Assembly: GCA_050273025.1 (NCBI GenBank)
Contig: CP158636.1
Location: forward strand, 10,974,001 to 11,038,000
DNA from: Cenococcum geophilum
Taxonomy: Eukaryota
Direction: 5' to 3'
DNA: 64,000 nucleotides
Under the pieces are notes generated by a model, which was not told the DNA's origin, made no database searches, and saw only the letters and a list, made by a program, of their open reading frames with translations. The translations under genes were made by a program, and so were the position numbers. Below are positions 26,601 through 40,900 of the stretch, one piece after another (within the stretch, counting starts at the first letter, position 1; the number at the start of each line of letters is the position of its first letter).

Positions 26601-29600
26601 AAGAGCCAAAGTTAAGAGGACTTAAAGGAATTAAAGAGTTAGATAAAGAATAAGATCGACTTTATAAGCTAGATTAAGATATTACAGCAATATACGGATA
26701 ATAATTAGTAATAATAACAATAAAGTTAGAGTACTTATTAATTAATAGCAATAAGAATAGTAAAAGAACTAACTAGGGGTATCTAAACCTTAATAACGTA
26801 ATAGAAGTAGAGACTAAGACCGCCATAGAGCAAGGTTTAGTAACGGGTATTATAACACTATTAAATACAGCATCCATCGCTTTATAAGACGGAAGAAGTA
26901 ATATCTAAAGACGATTAAGCAAGCAGACAACTGCTAGTACTAGCTTACCACTTAATAAAGGTAAAAGGCCAAAGGCTTAAGATTCTTAAAACAAGATAAA
27001 AGACGACTAAGATTCTTAAGATAAGATAAGGTATACTTAAGGACCTACAACGGACGAAAACCAATGGGATAGAGCAATAGCTTAGTTTAGTAATATATAA
27101 ATAAGCTTAGGACGAAGTTTCCTAAAGGTATAAGACTCTTAAGACGAGATAAGTAAGATTTAGAACTCTTAAGATAAGATAAGGACACTAGTAAAGCCTA
27201 GTTAAACTAAGGCTGGGGCTAAGCTTAAGTTAAAAGCAAGCTCAGGATTAAAGAATCTAAGGGGTTAAGAATTCGGAGTACAAATTAGGACACCTATAAG
27301 TAAGAGGTAAGGAGCTTCTTTACAAATTAGAGAATCTGCGATATAAATAGTAGTTAGATTAGGAGACAGATATATAGACCTAGAAGACTTACTAGGTAAA
27401 TATAATATTTAACCTAAAGATCGAAAAGTTAATACAGTAATTAAGAAGTAAGATGACTTTAAGGATCTAACTATAAAACGCAAACTAAAAGAAACTATAG
27501 ACAAGTTCAGAGCAAGAATCATCGTATAGTAAAAAAAGAAACTAAATATAAGATTTAGCACATTAGGACGTATAAGGGACAGAGCGCTAGTACGAAGAAT
27601 TACCAATAGGCTAAGAATAGGCACACTAAGAGTTAAGTGGCTTACTAAACTAGAAAATAAAGAGGATTTAGGAATTCCTACTAGGTTCAAGGAATAACAT
27701 ATAAAAGGCTGTTATAATATAGCAGTAAGAAGATACTTCCTTACGGACAGATCGTATACACTCTAGCAGCTATACTAAAAGTGGTATAAGCAACGATATA
27801 ATAATAAGTAGGAAGATTTCTATATATAGTTAGACGAAAAAGTTATCTAAGACCACCTAATTACGGAAAAAGCAATAAATTATATTAAGGGAGCCTTAAT
27901 TATAATATTAAAGGATCTAGAGAAATAATTAGAGGACTAAAGAAGCAAGAGGCGCATCTTAGTACCCGTAAACAAAGTTATAACGTTTAGATCAGCATAA
28001 TAAAGGTTTAAACTTAAGGATAAAGACGAGCTAAGAGTTAACCTAAAGCACCTAGCATACTACACGCTATTATGGATTGTATGCGTGGACAATATATATA
28101 AGATGCACAAGAATCTAAAGGAAAAGAATCGGAAATACCCTATAAGGATATACTGGATAATAGATAAACAATAGTATAGGAATGCCAAGTATATATATAG
28201 CTAGCATCTAGTAGAAGCCCAAGAGGAAGGAAATTTAATACTTTAACTAGGAAGATTCCTTACGGAAGAATACTTAAATAAACAATAATGGTAGGAATAT
28301 CTAGAGAATACCTATCTATAGCATATTAAAGATAAAAAGCGAACTAGGTATTAGCTAAAGAGTAAGCCAAGTATAATAGGATTAAGCAGCCAATAGTTAG
28401 GAAAAGTAGAGGCCTACAAAACTAGAGGAAGCTAGTAGTAGAGCCTTAGACCCTTAAAGGAATTTAAGGACAACACCTAAACTTAAAAATTAATTGGCAA
28501 GATTAATAGTTTAAAGCGTTAGTAGATAGTGGAGTAATATAAAACTATATCTTACTAATAGCAGTTAAAAAAATAGGACTACTACACAGATAAAAAGAGT
28601 ACCCTTATCTACTAGTAACAATTTTAGGAGATCCGATAGCCTATAGAGGAGGCATTATTAATCTTAAAATAGGACTAATTTAGATAACTATTAAAGGGAG
28701 ATAAATTAAGATATCTTTTAACATATTACTATTAGGGAATAATAAGGTAGTATTAGGAATGCCTTAGTTACAGAAATATAATCTAAAGATTAATTAGGTT
28801 ATAGGTTAGGTCGATATTAGAGATATATAATAACATAAAATGCGACAATAAGCTAAGTTAGTATAGTACTAAGTTAGAGTAATATACGAGGAAACTAATT
28901 AAGGATTAAGCTATATACCAAAGAAATACTATAAGTACGGCAAGAAACTATAGTCACTAGAAAGTAAAAAGCTGTTAGATTATATAGCATGGAACTAAGA
29001 ACAAGTTTAAGGTTCTACCCAACTTATAAGTTAATAAAAAAAGAGTTATAGGCACTTAAGGAGTTTATCCAGGAAAATCTTTAAAAGGGATATATTAGAC
29101 CATCGCAGTTATTAGCGGGATATCCAGTACTATTCGTACCAAAGAAGAATAGAAAACTTAGGCTATGCATTAACTATAGATAGTTAAACAGCATTACTAG
29201 AAAGGATAGGTATTCTTTATCCTTAATTAGCGAAATCTAAGATAGGATCGGTAACGTGCAAATCTTTATAAAGATAGATCTAAGATAGGCGCACTATTAG
29301 ATTAGAATTAAGGAAGGCAATAAATAGAAGGCGGCCTTTAGGTTAAAGGAAGGACTATATAAACCACTAGTTATGCAATTCGGGCTTATAAACGCACTAG
29401 TAACGTTTTAGAAGCGTATTAACAATATATTAAGAGAACACTTAGATGAATTTATTATGGTATACCTTAATAATATTATTATCTACTTAATAAGTAAGGA
29501 AGAATATAAAGAACACGTTAAATGGGTCTTAAAGAGACTATAAGAAGAATAGATACTAGTAGTAATTAAGAAATGCGAGTTCTTTACCAGGAAGACAGAT

Positions 29601-30145
29601 TTTATTAAATTTATTATTAAACTAGGCCAACTTAGTATAGATCTAAAGAAGATTAAGGCTATAGTAAATTAGCAAGAACTAGAAAATATAATATAGTTAA
29701 GGTTATTTCTAGGGTTCTATAACTACTACAGAAGGTTTATAGCTTAATAGTTAAAAAACATTAAGCCGTTTATAAGATTAACAAAAAAGGAAGAACTATA
29801 GGCATAGGGAGAGAAATAAAAGAAACTGTTTAAGAAAGTTAAGCAGTTGTTTACCTAGGAGCTAGTTCTTAAAATCTATTAGCCATAGTTAGAGACAGTA
29901 GTTAAAACGGATACATTAAACTATGCACTAGGAGCGTGCTTCCTATAGAAATATAAAGATGGATAGCACCTAGTAGCATACTATAGTTAAAAGATAATAC
30001 TACTAGAACTAAACTATAACATCTATAATAAGGAGTTATTAGGTATAGTAGCAGTACTAAAGAAATAAAGGTTATTCTTATAAGGCATAGAAAAACTATT
30101 TATAGTTAAAACGGATTATAAAAACCTAACGGGGTTCTTAATAAC

Positions 30146-30681
30146 TATGACGGTTATGACGTCACGTAACCTTGGACGCCCATTCAGGTATATATATGTT
30201 GAACTATAAGCTACAAAGTCGATCTTAATCTTCTTCGTGCACTATCCTTTTGGCTAGTAGTTTGGCCGTCACATAAGATTAAGATTAATTATATACCACG
30301 TTGGTCGTGAGGTAGCTTTGGGTTCGATTCCCGGGGCGCTTATAATACCCCACCTTATGGTCCTAGGACCGAGCAGTGTATTAACTACCACACGAATGCA
30401 TACGTGGGGTGGCCCCTGCGCGTCGGAGGATCGGCATATATGGCAGACTAAGGTGAGCCCTTAGTGGATAGGGGGCTGTGCTGCGCGTCGGTCGCGAGGG
30501 CCCTGGGCGGGGGTGGCTTACGAGGACGTAAGCCTGTCTTGAGGCGGGGGTGATGTGACGGTTGTGACGTCACGTGACCTTGGACGCCCATTTAGGTACA
30601 TATATGTTGAACCACAAGCTACGAAGTCGATCTTGATCTTCTTCGTGCACTATCCTTTTGGCTGGTGGTTTGGCCGTCACA
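30146..30681 (+). mobile_element. TRIM (terminal-repeat retrotransposon in miniature), 536 bp
   Basis: 128-bp LTRs at 30146-30273 and 30554-30681, perfect TSD ATAAC, PPT gaggcgggggtga, 280-bp non-coding interior. Inserted in the RNase H region of B. Confidence 0.92.
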
Positions 30682-33600
30682 ATAACAAAAGAACTTAATT
30701 ACAGACAGGTTAGATAGGCAGAGATGCTTATAGAATACCATTTTAAGATTTAGTATACTAAGGGTACAGAGAATGCATAAGCAGATGCTCTAAGTAGAAA
30801 GGCTAAACTATAAAATAATAAAAAGCCATTAGGGGCTTTATTGCGAAAAGATACTATTAGAAATAAAGGCAAATAGTCACCATATAAGGCATATTGCCGT
30901 CATATATAGCAAGTTGCCGTTATATACAGCAAGTTGCCATTACGTGCCGCCGCGGCACTAGCGTGGTGAGGAACCTTAAGTTCCTCACCCCTTTCTTGAA
31001 GAAGAAAATAGAATAATTATCATACTATCTACGAACCGTAGCTACGTAATATCCCCCTTGTATAACCAACACTAATTAGTAGTTAACTTTATAGTTATGC
31101 TACAGAACAGCTAGGTATTTACTAAGAAGAGACGAGCCACTATACCAGTGCTACTCGTGCTAAGGGAAGCTGTCTTTTAAGGTTAGAACTAGTCCTAAAC
31201 CTTAAATAGAACTCTTCCACGAATCTAAGGATCTAAAGGCTAGAACTGGTCCTAAGCCTTCCCTAGATTACAGATTCTTGCGTCTATTATACAAAACAAT
31301 ACGCTTTATAAGTCTTCGCAATTTAAGGCCAGAACTAGTCCTAAGCCCTATAATTACAAATATATGTCACGAACGCGTACCAAACGACAATCCCTATACT
31401 ACTAATATTCCCTTCTTCCGAAGATATAACTATGGCCACTCCAAATAACTAAAGAGACTCCTTACCACTAGGGGTAGCTATATACGCGAAACTTATTAAT
31501 AAAGATTAGGACGCATTTACCTTTAATATAATAACCTATACCGCAAAACAAGTTAACGGCTTTTTCTTATACTATATTCTATTCTACCAAAATAGCCACT
31601 ACGCCAATTTATAGTTATGGGAATACTTTAGGGAGGATTTTATAGGATAGACCGCCAATACCTAGGCACTTAGTAATGTTAATATTATTTAGGATTTTTA
31701 AGACTCCCTCTAAAGGAATGGGGTGTATATTACTAAGGACAGTAACCCAATTACTAGTAATATTTACGCCGTTCTTACTAGTATAGAAGAACCAGTATAG
31801 ACGGAAGCTAAGATTATACATTAACTACGGAAACCCAAAACTAACCTATATTCTTTAGAAGGCAACTTTAATTTAAAACAAAACCCCCAGAACGCTACTC
31901 TTCTACCTAAAGGTGCTCTCTTACCTAAAGGTGCTTTTTCTCTACCTTTACTACCTTTAACTCCTTTATCCCAGCCAACCAATAAGCCTCTATTTTAAGA
32001 AGTCACAAATCTAATAAAGGTATATTTAGACAAAGAGAAGAAGTTTAAAGAAGAATTATATAATATACTTAGAGTAAAACTATAGGTCTTTTATAACTGC
32101 TATAATAAGGTCAGAATTTAACGCCACTAGTTCTATTATACTTTCTCTATTATATTAAAGGGATAGGCGGTAACATTCTATTATAACTATATTATAGGTA
32201 AAAACTATAGCTTTAATATAATGCTTTAGCTTACTAGAGCCCACTTTAAAACTAATAAAAACCGCCAACTCTATATATCTAAATAGTGGGAGACTATATT
32301 TTAGAGAGTTATCACTTCTAACCTAATAACGACTTGCCTAAAGTGCCTTTAACTACTCTTTAATAAACTCCAGAAAATCTAATATAGACTTACCAAAACT
32401 TACCAAAACGAGAACAGCCTAAGGGACTAGGTTATTTTAGCATGCCATAGCGTTCCTAAGTACAACTTAGCGCTATATAAACCTATAGATATGTTTAAAG
32501 GAGTATATGCCGAGCTACGCTCCACTATAGGTACTATAATACGAACACAAGAATCTCAATAGCTCTATACCGAAAGCCCTACTTAACTAAGCGTTCCCAA
32601 CTAATACGATTATAACTGGACTAATTAAATATATAGCGGCCGTGGTAGGGAATACGGTAAAGGGTATAATTAATATTAACTATAAGGTAATTATGGAGGT
32701 CCTTATAGAGGTTTATTTTAAAGTAATTGCTAAAAAAAGTACTACGTTTATAAGAAGCTAAATTGCTAGTTAACTAGATACTCCCTTAATGAGCGAAAAG
32801 AGGTATATAATAAGTTCTATCAAAATATAAGAAACGTCGGAAATTGCAAGGTCACTATGGCCTACTTTTAAAGCTTCCTAGTTTAATACAAAGGCATAGA
32901 AGACCTTAAGGGTAAGGTTAATAAGACCAAACAGCTTCTTATAGATATAGAAATTAAGGACTACTTACCTAACTAATACTTTACTAAGTATAGTAAGGTA
33001 AATAGTATATAAACTGTTGCTGTTCTTAATAACTAATCTACGCTCCATTTTATTACGAAGTTAGATATCTTTAATAAGCTAAAGGAGAGCTCCGCGTTTT
33101 CCTTTAACAATAAATACTTAGCAAACGTCTTTTATAGTATTATACCGGATACTAGAGCCGCAAAAGTATCTATAGTAGGAGAACCTTAAGTTCGAGCCCT
33201 TTAGCAGCTTAATAGCTCTATTTAGATTAACTATTTAACGGCAGGCTAACACACGATTTATTTTAGCAAAGGTACTATAATCTCTCTCAGCACAATTAGG
33301 GTTTAAACCCCCTTAGAGTATATCACTTTTCACGTTATTCCCATAAATACCCTATTTCTATTTTGCATTAGAGATATAGATAAACTAGGCGTTAAGCTTA
33401 ATAACCTTAAAAATATACTCGTGTAGGGAGATAATTAGGTGCCTATTATACGCAAGTAGGGTTACCCTTAGCTACTCCTTTAATAACTAGAAAAGAGTGT
33501 TACTTAGAGCTATTTAACTAAGTTAGAGTTACGCCAACTACACCATCGTTTTAGTTACCTATTAGTTTACTAATTACTTAGGGTTCTTTAGTAAGCAGGC

Positions 33601-36600
33601 CATAAAGTTAAGGTTAAGGCAATTAAGCATCTTATAAAATACTACTACTACTACTAAATAAACCAGAGGTCCCCTAGCCAATTCAAGTTCACCCTTAAAG
33701 ATAACTATAACTTTAACTTCTATATTATCATCAACGTTATATACCTTAGCGGCAAGCTAGTACTCTAAGTTATTAACTTCTTAACCTCCTTCTAAGCCGC
33801 ACAATTCTTAAAGAATATGTTAGCTAGGAATATATAGGATACCCTTTGGTTATACTAGATTAATATCTACCTAAAACCCCCTAATTAAATCGTCCACAAT
33901 GTAGGAAAGAACTTCTTATCTGTAGAGTTCCAACAACAAATAAAGGCAATGGCAATTAAGGTTAAGGAAGTCCCTATTAAGGCACATAATAATATTAGAA
34001 AAGTAGAGCAATATTACGCGCCATTACGCCACGTATATAAGATTATCTCTTTAGAACTAAAGGACGCTAGTAAAGAACTTACCTTATAAATAGCTGTTAA
34101 AGCTATTAACAATTCCGCTGGCCCGGATAAACTTATACCTATATTACTAGTCTTTAGCGCCTACCCATAAATAACTAACAATTCTCTACTATCTCCCTCT
34201 ATTATGCAACGAGCTAAGGCGATTCATAAGGCAATAAAAAAGGTGCAACGCCTCTATACTACACGCTAGGTTAATAACATACTAGGAATAAGAAATAGCC
34301 TAAACACCTTAACTACGCTCGATCTGCCACTCTAGTCTAAAGTACGCGTATGGTATAAAAGGGGAGGATAGTTAGGCCCATATTAACTTATTATAATTAA
34401 TAGTTAAACTTATACTATTTAGATGCCTTATAGACCTACCCAATTCCATTTAACTGTTATTAAGCCTTACTACAAAGATAACAATTCTAAGCCTTTATAG
34501 GATGCCCCAGAAAATGCCCTAAAAGAGAACCACAATTAATATACTCTAGAAGGCGACTATAATCCCGATATAATTATAGTAGATACGCTATAACTATAAC
34601 GCGGTAGAGGTCGCCTAAAGAGATTACAAAATTACTAACACCTTATTAATTTTAAAGAATAATTTATTGCCGCCATTAAGAATAAAGTTAAGTTATTAAT
34701 AGCCTTTATAATAGCTAAAGAGAAGGCTGACTTTAAGCTCGCAAAACAGCTCTAAAAGAAAGGTCGTATTATAACCCCAGGAGCTCCTTTCCAAGCATCT
34801 AACAAGTAGGAGATTAACGGTCTTATCACAAAAGAAGTCTTTAAATTTAAGAAATATAACCCTACTAAATTCAATAGAGTTCGCATCTTTAAGTTAAGAA
34901 TGGTCAATAAGATTAAGGGCAAAGCTACTAACGCCCTATTTGAGAAATTAAGGTTTATTATCTAAGGTTACAACAATAATAGCAAAGAGATAATTCTTAT
35001 ATAATCTCCCACGATTTAATAAGCTAGTCAGCGAGTTATTATTACATTAGCTCCCTCCTTAATAAAGAATAAAATGGCAGTTTATTTATAAGATATTACT
35101 TAAGCCTACACCCAATTAAAGACGCACCTTTAGTGCTTAATATTAGCATACCTTCCGGAGCAAATTCGCCACTAGTATCCTAAAGATATAATTATAGTTA
35201 TACTTAAGCTATTATATAGAATTACAAAGGCAGGAACTTATTAGTAGGCTACCTATAGCAAGCACCATAAAGAGAAGCTTTTAATAACTACTTCTATATT
35301 TAATCCCTGCTTCCTTATTACAACTATAGGAACCCCATTCAGAATCGTTAGTATATAAACTAATAATACAATCATCTTAGGAGACGACCAATTCTTAGCT
35401 CTTAAAGAGAATAAGCTAGTAAAGGTAAATCTTATAGCAAAGCCAAAGGAAAAGCTTAACTTAATAACACTATTACTCTTTAATAAATATATCCTCTCCC
35501 TAAATAAGGATTCCATTGCTTTACGCCAGAAGGGTTAAAGTAAGAAGATCGACGTTATTAATATTAATTCCCTAAAGCAAGGATATATAGAGTAACGCGC
35601 TCGCGGAGCTTATATTACTTCTATCTATTAACCTAAGGCTTTATTTAATCTCTCCGTTGCCGCCTAATACTAGGAACTAACTAAGGACGACGTTCTTGCC
35701 CTAAATAAACGTCTTTTCTGGCAAATAAACCATCTCAATTAGGGACTACTCTATATACCTATTAATCTTCCTACCGCTAAGCTCTTTATATTTATTAATA
35801 AATCGTTTATAAATAATAAAGATTTTAGCTTCTAGTTAGGATATAAGATTATTATTATAAACAAATTTACTAAAGAGAATAACTTCATAATCTATGGCAA
35901 TCTTATCTATTAAAGCTTAACTAAAAGCAAGCGCGTTACCCGAAGTGTTTTAGCGTCAGAGATATATAAAATAGTTAGCAGAATTAATATGGCAATTGCA
36001 ATTAGAACTACCCTAAAGATAATTACAAATTAACTCGAACTTCCCGTTATCCCTACAATTATCTATCTATCGCAGTCACGTAAGAGGATAATTAATTTTT
36101 ACCGTATAATTGGGAGGCGCAGGGCTATAAGGTCACTCTAGGGCTAGTTCTTAGCGGTTTTACTAGTACCTAGCACTCAAATCTGCTAAGGATTTGCCCT
36201 AAAGCGACTAGATATCCCCGACCGCAAGCCTATAGCTACAAAACTATCTAACTGTGGTAGTCGCACTAAGGCGGGTTCTTAGCGGTTTTGCTAGTTCCTA
36301 GCACCTACTAAAGAATTACCTTAAAGCGCTATCTATATATAGTGCATACTGAGTATAAAAGATAGTAGGTAGGAAAAGCGAATTAGCCACGTAGTGACTG
36401 CGTTCGATATTCGCGAATATTACTAAAGGTCTCAGCATTGTGCGTTACTAAGATGGATACTGCCAAGCAATATATAGACGCTAGTATCTATCTATCGCAG
36501 TCACGTAAGAGGATAATTAATTTTTACCGTATAATTGGGAGGCGCAGGGCTATAAGGTCACTCTAGGGCTAGTTCTTAGCGGTTTTGCTAGTACCTAGCA

Positions 36601-36676
36601 CTTAAATCTACTAAGGATTTGCCCTAAAGCGACCAGATGTCCCTAAGCAAAGCACCTACGCCCAACAAGACATTAC

Positions 36677-36920
36677 CGCATTCTGCCATATTCTGCCACA
36701 TTGCCGAATTCTGCTATATTCTGCCATATTGCCGAATTCTGCCATATTCTGCCATATTGCCGAATTCTGCCATATTCTGCCATATTGCCGAATTCTGCCA
36801 TATTCTGCCACATTATCGAATTCTGCTATATTCTGCCACCTTATTGAATTCTGCCATATTCTGCCACCTTGTTAAATTCTACCATATTCTACCACCTTAT
36901 CGCGTTCTACCATATTCTAC
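36677..36920. repeat. Minisatellite inside the Ngaro element
   Basis: Tandem units of about 28 bp built from attctgccat/attgccga subunits. Confidence 0.9.
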
Positions 36921-37019
36921 AGACCCACTAGCGCCTTAGCGGCCCTCTTAACATCTTAACCTACTCTCTAGCGATCATTACGCTAAGAGCGGTACACTAC
37001 GCTGGAAATAAGAGTTAAG

Positions 37020-37925
37020 GCGACGGAGGTCAGTGGTCTTAGTCTTAATATATAGGCGAAAGGCTTCCGATAACCACTAACCTAGTTATTAAATTTGCTG
37101 ATATAAACACCCTAAATTTTTAGCAAACTAGGCAGCACCCTAGCAGAAGGAGTGGTTTAAGTAGCCACCTAGGTTAACCCTAGCGGCTATAAGACGGGAG
37201 GAAAGGATCTTGCAAACCACTGGAAAGGCAAAGGGTTTGCTATTAAGACTAAATAGGGGGGAGTTAAGGGGTTAAGGGTCCCTGTTAAACAGCTTCGTTA
37301 TAGCAGTAACTAGGTATAATAGGCTGCCTACCGCCGTAATAGCAATATTAACGCCCTGGTATTGCTTATCGGCTTTACTCTATTTAAGGCGGAATGTCAT
37401 CCCACTAGGTGTAAAGGTAATATCACATTAGGTAGCCTTTCTTGCTAGAAAGGTCGTTTGGTTCTTAAGCTTCGCCATAGTATACGTAATCTCACCCATC
37501 CGTAGAAATCCAGCAAATGCGAGGGTAAACGCGGCGTTAGTGTTAATCTCCGGGAGTGAGGAGCCGTGTGTTACTACCTAGGCTAAAATATCCCTAGTAA
37601 TAGGCTACTTGGCCTTTTTTACTAAGGGGGAGATAGCGGCTGCTTTAGCGAGTAATTAGTGTACCGTAGGGTCCTTAAATGCCGCAATTAAGATGCTGTA
37701 ATCTACGTGACGCGAGCGAATTACAGAGACGTAGGCTCGTAAGGTTTCAGCCTTAAGCCTACCTATCTATAGCTAGGAGATACTAAACGTGCGGCAGGCG
37801 ATCCATTCGCCTAGATCACGCGGCTTGGCTAGGTAGGGAGAGACTCCTTTAAGTACGCAGTATAACTCCTAGCTATTAACTACTAAGGAATAGTTTCTAC
37901 GCGTTATTGGCGTAAGGCCATACTA
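37020..37925 (-). pseudogene. Tyrosine recombinase of the Ngaro element
   Basis: AFTLAFAGFLRMGEIT (~37535-37485) and NHSFC*GAA..LG*WLSEAFRLYIK (~37160-37045), the RIPed form of HSFRRGAA..LGRWxSxAFxLY. Confidence 0.9.
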
Positions 37926-40900
37926 AAAAAGGAGCGCGTAGAGATCAGATGGCGCGTTAATATTATCCTTAAAGTTTATAGGCGGTTATAAGTAGTTTAA
38001 CAGGTTTACGGCACCTAGTTAAAAACTTGTTAGCTTTAGTAGTAATAAATTAAGGGCCTAGTATAGGCAGAACTAATAGATAGCCGTGGCCTGGAATTAA
38101 AATAGTGTATTAGCTAAGCTATTTAAATTACCTAGGATCTACTTTACGGATATTATAATATCATAAGCTATAGCAGCTAGTATAATCTTGCGGAGTAATT
38201 CGTTTGCTATACTACGGACAACAGTCTTTCCGATGCCCTAGTAAACTACTATACTATCGGTATAGATAGATAGCGCGCTATACTGCTAGTTAGTAAACCA
38301 TAGATTAAATACGTAAGCAATAGCATGCATCTCCTTCGGATTGATATAGTCTACTTATTAACTGGGCTTAGGCAATATACTAAACGCCTAAGATTAAGGG
38401 AGGTTGGCAGTATACCACTACTAGTTATCCTCATGTTTAAATTCCTTAAAGAAGTAAAAACCGCTAAACCTAAACCGGGTAGAGGTGTTAGTAAAGAGAT
38501 AAATGCGGGTACGCTTAACGTTATTAAAGAACAATACCTTATTACTCGTAGTAAGTAGGTCGAGCTAGACATATAAGTTACTTCACAACTTAGTACTAAA
38601 TCGCCTAGGTTTATACTTATTTACTAAAGTCTCCGGCTAAGCAGTAATAAAGATTTAAAGGGATCTAGAGTAAGATCGACTAAGCCTAATTACGTAGGCG
38701 CACTATATAAGGTAGCCCATAAGCTGCTAAGCTTAAAGAAACGATAATAAGTCGTATTAGAGTGCGGTAGCGACCTTCTTAATAGCGCGTAATTGTTTCT
38801 GTGGTAATAAACGAGTTTGCATTTATACGGTATTAATAGTATATCCTAGAACGTTAATAGTAGTTCCTATTATATCTTTAGAGCTATTTTAAGGGATACC
38901 TAGGGAGTTAGTAATAGAGATATAAGTCTAGGTAACAGCCGTTAGGTTGTTTAGGTTGGTAAGAATAAAGACAAAGTCGTCTAGGTAGTGTTTTACCTTG
39001 TAAGGTAGTTATAAATAGAGTATCCAGTACAAACTTTCCGCGAAGAGGTTAAATATAAACGGCGCAGTTTAAAGACTAAAGGATAGGCAGCATTCCTAGT
39101 AGGTAACACCTTCCCAGGAGAAGCCTATTAATGTTCTTGCTCTATAAGATAGGGGGACTATATAAAACGCATCTTTAATATCTCTCTTAAGCAGTAGATA
39201 TCCACGGCCTGCAAAAATAACGTAGGCCTAAATAGCGGTAACTATAGTGTATACTAGTGCTCCATATTCTTCTAGGATTGCATTATTAACTAAAAATGCT
39301 AGTAGAAAGAAGAGATTATAAATTCGGCGGTATCCTCCATCTAATTTTAGCACTAGGCTAAGAGGTAAGACTATAATAGGCCCTGTCACGATTCTAATAC
39401 GTCCTTTTACAAGGTCCGATATTATCTTTTTAGAGATAAGGTCGGCGTTATTCTAAGAGGAGTTATGGTTCCTACAAGATCTTAAGGTAGGGACAGATTC
39501 GGCTCCTAACTCATAGCTATAGATTAGGATACCTACTAAGATAGCTAGTAAATTACCCGGGTAGTTAGATAGAAGGGAGTGCCACGCTAAGATCCTTAGG
39601 GGCGATAAAGAGTAGAGGAAAGCCTTCGCCTTTATAAAGGTAGGGAATAATAGTAACATATTAGGCCTAGGTCCTAGACGTATAATTAACGTTAATGTTA
39701 TAGTTAGGCTAGACCCTACTTTATAAGGTTCGCCTTACTATTCCTAGGCGTAGTCTTTAGATAATGCGGCGTAATCTTTACCACACTTTAAGCACTTATA
39801 CGGGTATTTGCAAGCTATATTATCGCAGCCTCTACTATTAAACTTATAGCAGGTATTAGGGGTATAGGAGGTATCCGACTTAGGTCTCTTTAAGGCGGCA
39901 AAGCCGATAGTACTAGACATTGTAAGGTATGGCGCTATATACTAGGCTAGCATTTTCTAATTAGCGGGCTCTAGTTAGCCATTGGTTATTATAAAAGTAT
40001 AATAGTTAAGTGCTAGATTAAGTATGCAACTTACCTAGATATACTAGGTTAATAAGGTACGAATTATATTTATCTAGAGAAGCATACTAGTAATAAGGTC
40101 CGGCAGGCATATATAGAGGGTGCCAGTAATAACTATATAGTTAGTAAAGCCTTTAAACCAGACGCCTTTGTCTACAAATAGCTTCCTATCTACCTTTGCC
40201 TTCCTTATAACTAGAGTACCGTTCTTAATTTATATCTTATCGGCGATCTTAATCTAAGCGGTATAGACTTAAAGGCGGGCGAGGTTTACTAGATTAAAGG
40301 TGCCCTTAAAAATATCCAGGTAATCCCTTTTTATAACGCCAGGAAGGCGGAGTTTAAGCGACTTTACGCTAAGAGGGAGAGGCTTACTAAGGTTATTAGC
40401 TGTGGCAACTATTGCGGTAGCTTATAAGGCCGAAGCGGCCAAGCCTAACTATAATTAAGCCATTTAAGCCTAGTAGTATTTATGCTAGCAAGCTTCCTCT
40501 ACTAGGCGGGCTTTGCGCTCTTTATTATACTTTTAAATCTCCCTTTTTTCTTAGGCTTGTTCCCTTTGTTCTCTAGCGATCTCCCGCTCCTCTACGGCAG
40601 CAGTACGTATATTAGCTTCGGACGGCATTATAGGACTAATAGAGGAGGGTATAACGGTTAAAGACGATGGTGTAGTTGAGGTAGGTCATGCGGGTAGGTT
40701 TGCTTATTGGGATTGTGCACGCGTATAGATGTTCTAGTCGGTTATGAGCGGTAATAGCGTCATAAAACAATTCTTAAACGAATAAATAATAAATATTAAT
40801 AAGTTCAACGGTGTTAAAAAGCGAATTAGCCACATAGTGACTGCGTTCGATATTCGCGAATATTGCTAGAGGTCTCAGCATTGTGTATTGCTAAGATGGA

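Noticed and set aside
30300..30345. tRNA gene
   Set aside because: Only a T-arm/B-box-like motif is present; no acceptor, D or anticodon stems could be drawn.
30146..30681. Retrozyme (hammerhead-containing mini LTR element)
   Set aside because: No CTGANGA..GAAA core with flanking stems was found by eye.
36637..36939. 100-aa ORF (ILPY/AIFCH repeats)
   Set aside because: It is a translation of the 28-bp minisatellite within the Ngaro element.
37020..37925. Tyrosine recombinase as a Starship captain or Crypton
   Set aside because: It follows gag and RT/RNase H inside split direct repeats, which is the Ngaro layout.
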